Below, piece by piece: positions 58,291 to 64,000 of a stretch of 64,000 bases of DNA. The stretch comes from Engelhardtia mirabilis (GTDB taxonomy: Bacteria > Planctomycetota > UBA1135 > GCA-002686595). Location: contig NZ_CP036287.1 of NCBI RefSeq assembly GCF_007748095.1, positions 1,024,345-1,088,344 of the forward strand. The letters run 5' to 3'. The position numbers and the translations under genes were made by a program. Below the pieces are notes generated by a model that saw nothing but the letters and a program-made list of their open reading frames with translations, was not told where the DNA came from and did not search any database. Positions within the stretch are counted from its first letter, which is position 1. Every line of letters begins with the position of its first letter.

Positions 58291-58932
58291 GTGGCCCTGG
58301 CCGCGATCGCGGCGGGGTGCGGCGCGCTGCAGACCGAGTCTCCGGCGGTGCAGCGCGTCGCAGTCGAGCCGGCGCCGTCCTCCCCCGAGCCGTCCTACGC
58401 GACGCTGAACGTGTACGCGGCCGACCGACAGCTGGATCAGGTGGCGGAGGGGCTCGAGGACATCGCCCAGTTCGACATCGTCGGAGCCGAGGGCATCGTG
58501 CTGCCCTGGCCGCAGGTGCCGCTCGGCTTCGAGTTCGGCGCCAGCTACGGATCTTCGGCGACCAGCCTCGCCATTGGGCCCGGCTTTGCGCCGCTGGACG
58601 TCGAGCTGACGTTGATCGGCGTCTCCGCGGGCCTGCGCCTCTACCTCTATCGCGCCGGACCCGGCGGCTTCCCGCTCGAGCCCTTCATCGCCGCGGGAGT
58701 CACGAAGGTCTACGCCAACGTCGACGTGGCCGGCCTGGGCTTCGCCGACGCGCCCACCGGCAACTACTTGCGCGCCGGGCTCCAGCTCCGGCTGACCCGC
58801 TGGCTACACGTGGGGATCGACTACCGCCGACTCGCGGGCGCGAGCTCCACCGTGCAGCTGGACGGCGGCAACGCGGCGACCGTGGACTTCGACAACGACC
58901 AGGTCGGCCTGTTCGTCGGCGTGCGCTTCTGA
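58291..58932 (+). CDS. Outer-membrane beta-barrel protein, paralogue of the previous gene
   Basis: Alternating strands and terminal Phe (...FVGVRF). The only in-frame start after the upstream stop is the GTG at 58291, which gives an unusually short signal (MALAAIAAGC). Confidence 0.45.
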   Translation: MALAAIAAGCGALQTESPAVQRVAVEPAPSSPEPSYATLNVYAADRQLDQVAEGLEDIAQFDIVGAEGIVLPWPQVPLGFEFGASYGSSATSLAIGPGFAPLDVELTLIGVSAGLRLYLYRAGPGGFPLEPFIAAGVTKVYANVDVAGLGFADAPTGNYLRAGLQLRLTRWLHVGIDYRRLAGASSTVQLDGGNAATVDFDNDQVGLFVGVRF

Positions 58933-58936
58933 AGGC

Positions 58937-59728
58937 TCAGACGTCCTCGCCGAGCTTCTCGAGCAGGCTCGCAAGGCGTTGTTCTAGCTGGGTGATTCGG
59001 CGCTCGAGCTCGGATACGCGGTCGGAACTGGCGTCGTGGGTCGGGTGGGTGGGTCGTGACTCGGCGGCGGGCGCAAGGAAGGGGTCTGACTGCTGGGGCG
59101 CCGGGTCGTCCGCGCGCCCCGACTCGCCGCGCTCCTGGGCCTTGCGCGCCGCCGCCTGCTCGTCGTGTCGCCGGACGATCTCTTCGGGCGTGAGGGGGCG
59201 CGAGCTCTGCGTCGCAGCGACACCGGCCGGCGCGGCCGGCGACGAGAGCAGCTCGCGATAGCGCTCCGCGCGCGTCCCCGGCGACGGCGCCAGGCGCTTC
59301 ACCAGGCGGACCCCGATCAGCTTATCGAGCAACTGCCCGAGCTCGGCCAAGGTGTCGATCGCGCTCATGCGGCTCGCGCGCGTGCGCAGCTCACCCGGCT
59401 GCTGAGGCCCGCGCAACAGCAACTCCGCGACCACGGCCAGCTCGGCCCGATCGAGCGAGAGGGTCTGCCGCGCCAAGTGCTCATAGCGCTCGACCCGCGC
59501 CCCCATGCCCGGCGGCACCCGGTTCGCCAGGCCCTTGGCCTCCAGGCCCTGGGCGCCGACGTGCGCCTCGGCCTCGCCGAAGTGCACCACCGGGTGGCGG
59601 TTGGATTTCTGGTTCGATCCGGCCACCAGGGCCTTGATCGACAGGGGGTACTGCTCCGGCGTTGTGAGCTGCTTCTCGATCAGCACGCCGAGCAGGCGCG
59701 CCTCGACTTCGTTGAGGACGATGGTCAT
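58937..59728 (-). CDS. DUF480 (YceH/UPF0502) family protein
   Basis: N-terminus VEARLLGVLIEKQLTTPEQYPLSIKAL matches the DUF480 winged-helix start; C-terminal coiled coil. Start is the ATG at 59728. Confidence 0.7.
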   Translation of the reverse strand: MTIVLNEVEARLLGVLIEKQLTTPEQYPLSIKALVAGSNQKSNRHPVVHFGEAEAHVGAQGLEAKGLANRVPPGMGARVERYEHLARQTLSLDRAELAVVAELLLRGPQQPGELRTRASRMSAIDTLAELGQLLDKLIGVRLVKRLAPSPGTRAERYRELLSSPAAPAGVAATQSSRPLTPEEIVRRHDEQAAARKAQERGESGRADDPAPQQSDPFLAPAAESRPTHPTHDASSDRVSELERRITQLEQRLASLLEKLGEDV

Positions 59729-59796
59729 GGCGAGCGGGATTCTAGCGCCGGCGGGGAGCCCCGAACGTTGCGAGAAGGATCGCCGACTGGCGCGAT

Positions 59797-60345
59797 TCAG
59801 GGGCCCGAGCTGCCGACGGCCGGCGCGGCGCTCTGCGTGGCCGCGCGGCGCACCGCACCCGCGTAGGTGCTGCGAACCTCGGGGAAGAGGTCGAAGACCA
59901 CCGCCAGGGCCGAGCGGTAGTCCGGATCGAGGGAGTAGTTCGCGTAGAGGAAGGTCGACAGGTCGACGGCCTCGACGAAGGACTGGTCGGTCCCCGCGCG
60001 GATCTCGTCCCAACCGCCGGCCGCCTCGACCACGGCCTCGTTGATCCGCGGGTCGTCGCCGAAAGTGCGACTGAAGGCCCGCACGGTCGAGTCGATCACG
60101 CCCCGCTGCTCGAGCTCGAGGTCGTCCTCGACCTCGCTCGCGAGCCCCGTCTCGATCGCCACCATGGCCCATGGCGCCAACTCGCCCGAGCGGTTGTAGG
60201 GCGAAAGGAACTCGCCGGCAGCACCCTCCAGGGGGGTGGGCGCGATCACGAGGTCCGGCGCGGGCACCTCGCGATGGGTCGCGGCGCAGCCCGATGCGAG
60301 CAGCGCGATTGCGGCGGTCGCGTAGAGCTTTTGGCGGTGATTCAT
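59797..60345 (-). CDS. Hypothetical lipoprotein
   Basis: MNHRQKLYATAAIALLASGCA lipobox; no known domain. Confidence 0.5.
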   Translation of the reverse strand: MNHRQKLYATAAIALLASGCAATHREVPAPDLVIAPTPLEGAAGEFLSPYNRSGELAPWAMVAIETGLASEVEDDLELEQRGVIDSTVRAFSRTFGDDPRINEAVVEAAGGWDEIRAGTDQSFVEAVDLSTFLYANYSLDPDYRSALAVVFDLFPEVRSTYAGAVRRAATQSAAPAVGSSGP

Positions 60346-60689
60346 GGGCTCCGCAAGGTCGAGACGACGGGTTGCGGTCGAGACGCTTCTTGGCCTGCGG
60401 TCACCCCACAGGCACTCGCTCGGGGCCGAGGGAGATTGACATTCTCGCGCCGGACCTGCAATCGGCCGATGGGCCAGACGCCTCACCGTTGGCCACAGGC
60501 GGCCCTCGCGCGCCCGTGAATGGGGTGCCCCGCGTCGCCATCGAAGGTTCTCTTCGCGTAAGGAGCGCGCGCAATCTCCATAGGGACGGTCCCGTCCTCG
60601 TCCCGACTCGTTTCGAGCGAGGCACTCGAGATGGGCGACGGTCGCTGAAGTGCGCGGGTGGTCGCGACGAGTCGCGCTGGCGCGCGGCT

Positions 60690-63449
60690 TCAGCCGTCGC
60701 CGATCATCGCCTTCAGCTCGCGCAGCTTGAGCAGGGCGTCGATCGGCGAGAGCTGGTCGAGGTCCAGCTCGCGCAGGTCGCGGTCGACGGGGCTGGGCTG
60801 GCTGGCGAACAGGTCCAGCTGCACCGGGCCGTCGGCCACGCGGCTGGCGCCGCCCGAGCGCGAGCCCGCCGCGTCCCCCGCGATTCGCGGCGCCAGGTCG
60901 GCGGCGTCGCCCTCGATCTCGCCCAGGATCTGGCGCGCGCGGCCGATGACTTCGGGCGGCACGCCGGCCAGGCGCGCGACGTGGATGCCGTAGGAGCGGT
61001 CGGTGCCGCCCTCGATGATCTTGTGGAGGAAGACGATCTCGTCACCCCATTCGCGCACGGCCACCGAGAGGTTGGCGACACCATCGAGGCGCTGGGCCAG
61101 CTCGGTCAGCTGGTGGTAGTGGGTTGCGAAAAGCGTGCGCGCGCCGATCTTGCCGTGGATGTGCTCGACGATCGACCAGGCCAGGGCCAGGCCGTCGAAG
61201 GTGCTGGTGCCGCGGCCGACCTCGTCCAGCACGACCAGAGATCTGCGGGTCGCGTTGTTGAGGATGTTGGCGATCTCGACCATCTCGACCATGAAGGTCG
61301 ACTCGCCGCGGCTGATGTCGTCGCCCGAGCCCACGCGGGTGAAGATGCGGTCGACCACGCCCACGCGGGCGGAGTCCGCCGGTACGAAGGAGCCGATCTG
61401 GGCCAAGAGCACGATCAGGGCCGTCTGACGGATGTAGGTCGACTTACCGGCCATGTTGGGGCCGGTCAGGATCGTCAGTGAGCGGCGCTCGGTGTCCAGG
61501 CGCGTGTCGTTGGGCACGAAGGACTCACAGCTCGCGCTCAGCTCGATCACCGGATGCCGACCCTCGACGATCTCGAGCTCGCCCGAGTCGTCGACGGTGG
61601 GGGCCACGTAGCGGTTCTCCGACGCGGTCTGCGCCAGGGACGCCAGGGCGTCCACCGCGGCCACCGCGTGGGCCGTGTCGAGCACGCGCCCGAGCTGGCC
61701 GGCGAGCTCGTCGCGCAGGCTCCCGAAGAGCTCGTACTCGAGCGCCTTGGAGCGCTCCTCGGCCTGCAGCACCTTGCCCTCGAACTCCTTCAGCTCGGGG
61801 GTGATGTAGCGCTCGGCGGTCTTGATCGTCTGCTTGCGGATGTAGTTCTCGGGGACCTTGTCGACCTGCCCGCGGGGCACCTCGAGGAAGTAGCCGAAGA
61901 CCGAGTTGAAGCCGATCTTGAGCCCGGGGATCCCGGCGCGCTCGGACTCCTCGGCCTGGAACTTGGCCATCCAGGTCTTGCCGTCACCGGCGATCGAGCG
62001 CAGCTCGTCGAGCTCCCCGTTGAAGCCCGCGCGGATCAGGTTGCCCTCGCGGATCGTCGGCGGCGGCTCGTCGACGAGGGTCTGCGAGACGCGCTGGGTC
62101 AGGTCGCCGAGTGGGTCGATGGCTGCCGCCAGCTCGCTCAGGATGCCCGAATAGCTGCCTTCGAGCCGCTCCAGGAGTCGCGGCATCAGATCGGTCGACT
62201 GGGCCAGGGCCAAGAGGTCGCGTCCGTTGGCGCGGCCGGTGGAGATCTTCGCCACCAGGCGTTCGAGGTCGCGCACCTCGCGCAGGAGCTCGCGCACGTC
62301 CTCGCGCAGGAAGGGCTGGGCCACGAACTCGGCCACGCCCTGCTGGCGGTGGACGATCGGTTCGACCTCGCGCAGGGGCTCCAGCAGCCACTCGCGCAGG
62401 AGCCGCCCGCCCATGGGCGTGCAGGTGGAGTCGAGCACGTCGAGCACCGTCCCCTCGCGCCGCGCCTCGCGTTGGGTCACCACCAACTCCAGGCACGAGC
62501 GCGTCGCGCGATCCAGCACCAGGTGCCGCGAGGGCTCGGCCACCTCGATGCGGCGGATGTGGTCGCAGGAGCTCTTCTGGGTCTCGGCCAGGTACTCGAG
62601 CAGGGCGCCGGCGGCGGGCACGATCGCCGAGCCGTCCTCCACCCCGAAGCCGGCGAAGGTCTGCACTCCGAAGTGCTGGCGCAGGACGCGCTCCATGCCG
62701 CCCGGGTCGAAACGCCAGGCCTCGCGCTCGGTGACGCGGCGCTCGAGGGTCCGGTACAGCTCGGTGGCCACCTCCGGCGCGCGATCCACGGCCTCGCTCG
62801 ACAGGAGCAGCTCGGCCGGGTCGATCTGCGCGATCAGGTCCGGCACCCCGGCGCTGGGCACCTCGGCCACGTGGAAGCGACCGGTGGACACGTCGACCCA
62901 GGCCAGACCGGCGCCCTTCTTCTCGAAGTGCACGGCGCACAGGAAGTTCGAGGCCCGCGCGTCGAGGGCGTCCTCCTCGGTGATCGTCCCCGCCGTCACC
63001 ACGCGCACGATGCCGCGCTGGACGATGCCCTTGGTCTGCTTGGGGTCGGTGAGCTGCTCGCAGATCGCGACCTTGATGCCCTTGCGGACCAGGCGCAACA
63101 GGTGCCCCTCGACCGAGCGCACCGGGACCCCGGCCATGGGCAGGGCGTCGTCGCCCTTGTCGCGCTTGGTGAGGGTGATGCCGAGCTCGCGGCTGGCGAC
63201 GACGGCGTCGTCACCGAACAGCTCGTAGAAGTCGCCCATGCGGAAGAACAGCAGGGCCTCGGGCTGCTCCTCCTTGGCGGACCACCACTGGTCCATCATG
63301 GCCGTCTTGGGGCCCGTGCGGACGAGCTTGGGACGCTCGCGGCGGGGACGGGCGCCTGCGGCAGGAGCCTTGGCCGGGGACTGGTTCGGCGTTTCCGACC
63401 CAGGGCGCGCGGGGGCGACGGAATCGGTGCTGGCGGGGTCGGCGGGCAT
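60690..63449 (-). CDS. mutS: DNA mismatch repair protein MutS
   Basis: MMDQWW...LLFFRMGDFYELFGDDA mismatch-binding domain, Walker A GPNMAGKST, C-terminal HTH. Start taken at the ATG at 63449; MutS may begin about 45 aa later near MMDQWW. Confidence 0.92.
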   Translation of the reverse strand: MPADPASTDSVAPARPGSETPNQSPAKAPAAGARPRRERPKLVRTGPKTAMMDQWWSAKEEQPEALLFFRMGDFYELFGDDAVVASRELGITLTKRDKGDDALPMAGVPVRSVEGHLLRLVRKGIKVAICEQLTDPKQTKGIVQRGIVRVVTAGTITEEDALDARASNFLCAVHFEKKGAGLAWVDVSTGRFHVAEVPSAGVPDLIAQIDPAELLLSSEAVDRAPEVATELYRTLERRVTEREAWRFDPGGMERVLRQHFGVQTFAGFGVEDGSAIVPAAGALLEYLAETQKSSCDHIRRIEVAEPSRHLVLDRATRSCLELVVTQREARREGTVLDVLDSTCTPMGGRLLREWLLEPLREVEPIVHRQQGVAEFVAQPFLREDVRELLREVRDLERLVAKISTGRANGRDLLALAQSTDLMPRLLERLEGSYSGILSELAAAIDPLGDLTQRVSQTLVDEPPPTIREGNLIRAGFNGELDELRSIAGDGKTWMAKFQAEESERAGIPGLKIGFNSVFGYFLEVPRGQVDKVPENYIRKQTIKTAERYITPELKEFEGKVLQAEERSKALEYELFGSLRDELAGQLGRVLDTAHAVAAVDALASLAQTASENRYVAPTVDDSGELEIVEGRHPVIELSASCESFVPNDTRLDTERRSLTILTGPNMAGKSTYIRQTALIVLLAQIGSFVPADSARVGVVDRIFTRVGSGDDISRGESTFMVEMVEIANILNNATRRSLVVLDEVGRGTSTFDGLALAWSIVEHIHGKIGARTLFATHYHQLTELAQRLDGVANLSVAVREWGDEIVFLHKIIEGGTDRSYGIHVARLAGVPPEVIGRARQILGEIEGDAADLAPRIAGDAAGSRSGGASRVADGPVQLDLFASQPSPVDRDLRELDLDQLSPIDALLKLRELKAMIGDG

Positions 63450-63584
63450 CTGAAGTGGAACTCGGGGGGGAGCGGCGGCGTATCGTACGGACCTCGCTCG
63501 GATGAGTCCCGCCGTCCCGTTGGCCTGGCTTTTGCCGAGGGGCACCAGCGGAGGCGCGCCCGCTACGTAGCCCGTCCCATCTCG

Positions 63585-64000
63585 ATGCCCCCCCTCAGCT
63601 TCGATCGAAACGCACCTTGCGAGCGCCCCTCTGCGATCTCGCGACTCGGGGCCCTGGCGCTGGCGTCGGTTCTGGCCTCCTGCGCGTCCTACCCGGATCG
63701 CTACCAGGGCGCCTTGGACGACCTCCGTGGAGGACGCTTCTCGGAGGCCGCGTCCGCATTCGAGGACAAGGCCGGGGGTTTCCTGGGCGCCGCCGAGGCC
63801 GGCACGATCCGCTTCGCGGCCGGCGACTGGGAGACGGCCGAGCGCGACCTGCTGCGGGCCGCGGAGCTGGCTGACGGCTTCGACGCCGAAGCGCCGATCA
63901 CCGCCGGCGGGGTGACCGAGGACCTGGGCAGCCTGCTGGTCAACGAGTCCGTTCGCACCTACGAGGGCGAGGGCTTCGAGCGCGTCCAGGTGCACGGGAT
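63585..64000 (+). CDS. Lipoprotein, 5' part only (gene runs off the window)
   Basis: ATG at 63585; signal peptide with lipobox LASCAS; then DRYQGALDDLRGGRFSEAASAFED (helical, TPR-like). No stop before the window ends, so it is absent from the ORF track. Confidence 0.5.
   Translation, partial: MPPLSFDRNAPCERPSAISRLGALALASVLASCASYPDRYQGALDDLRGGRFSEAASAFEDKAGGFLGAAEAGTIRFAAGDWETAERDLLRAAELADGFDAEAPITAGGVTEDLGSLLVNESVRTYEGEGFERVQVHG

Noticed and set aside
60171-61481. 436-aa plus-strand ORF and other frames over 60690-63995
   Set aside because: They are antisense or alternative frames of mutS. The MutS frame is supported by GDFYELF and Walker motifs, and the extra N-terminal 180 codons of the tracked MutS ORF (63450-63995) were trimmed to the first plausible ATG.

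Overview
The window is high-GC (about 70%) bacterial chromosomal DNA that is densely coding and mostly housekeeping. There are no transposases, integrases, CRISPR arrays, rRNA genes or obvious tRNA genes. Calls are made from motifs read directly in the translated ORFs. The ORF track reports alternative start codons as M, so some starts (topA, the GT4 glycosyltransferase, prmA) are GTG.

Recognisable genes include a minus-strand cluster rph - rdgB - lepA - lepB, then birA, apt, argS, prmA, topA with a lysine-rich tail, mutS, a DinG-family helicase, an ABC-F ATPase, a RidA-family protein, an NfeD/flotillin pair, a delta-9 fatty-acid desaturase, an archaeal-type methionine aminopeptidase, a GT4 glycosyltransferase, a YfhO-family membrane protein, two sigma factors (a FliA-like one with an N-terminal extension, and a COG4941-type one next to a YciI-like protein), two radical SAM proteins (one with a B12-binding domain and translationally coupled to a class-3 lipase), a Ser/Thr kinase fused to a formylglycine-generating-enzyme domain, and many secreted proteins and lipoproteins.

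The signals that the gene calls do not explain are: (1) a roughly 130-140 bp nested palindromic element present twice, with identical 38-bp inverted arms; (2) a shared C-terminal domain of about 90 aa on three, possibly four, unrelated secreted proteins; (3) a standalone protein resembling the N-terminal half of eukaryotic ASK kinases (a TIR-like DRHyd domain plus TPRs); (4) the B12-radical-SAM plus lipase pair sitting next to the desaturase; (5) a radical SAM gene downstream of birA. The many long ORFs antisense or out of frame to these genes are high-GC artefacts and were rejected. No single novel multi-gene system can be established from the sequence alone; the strongest leads are listed as findings.
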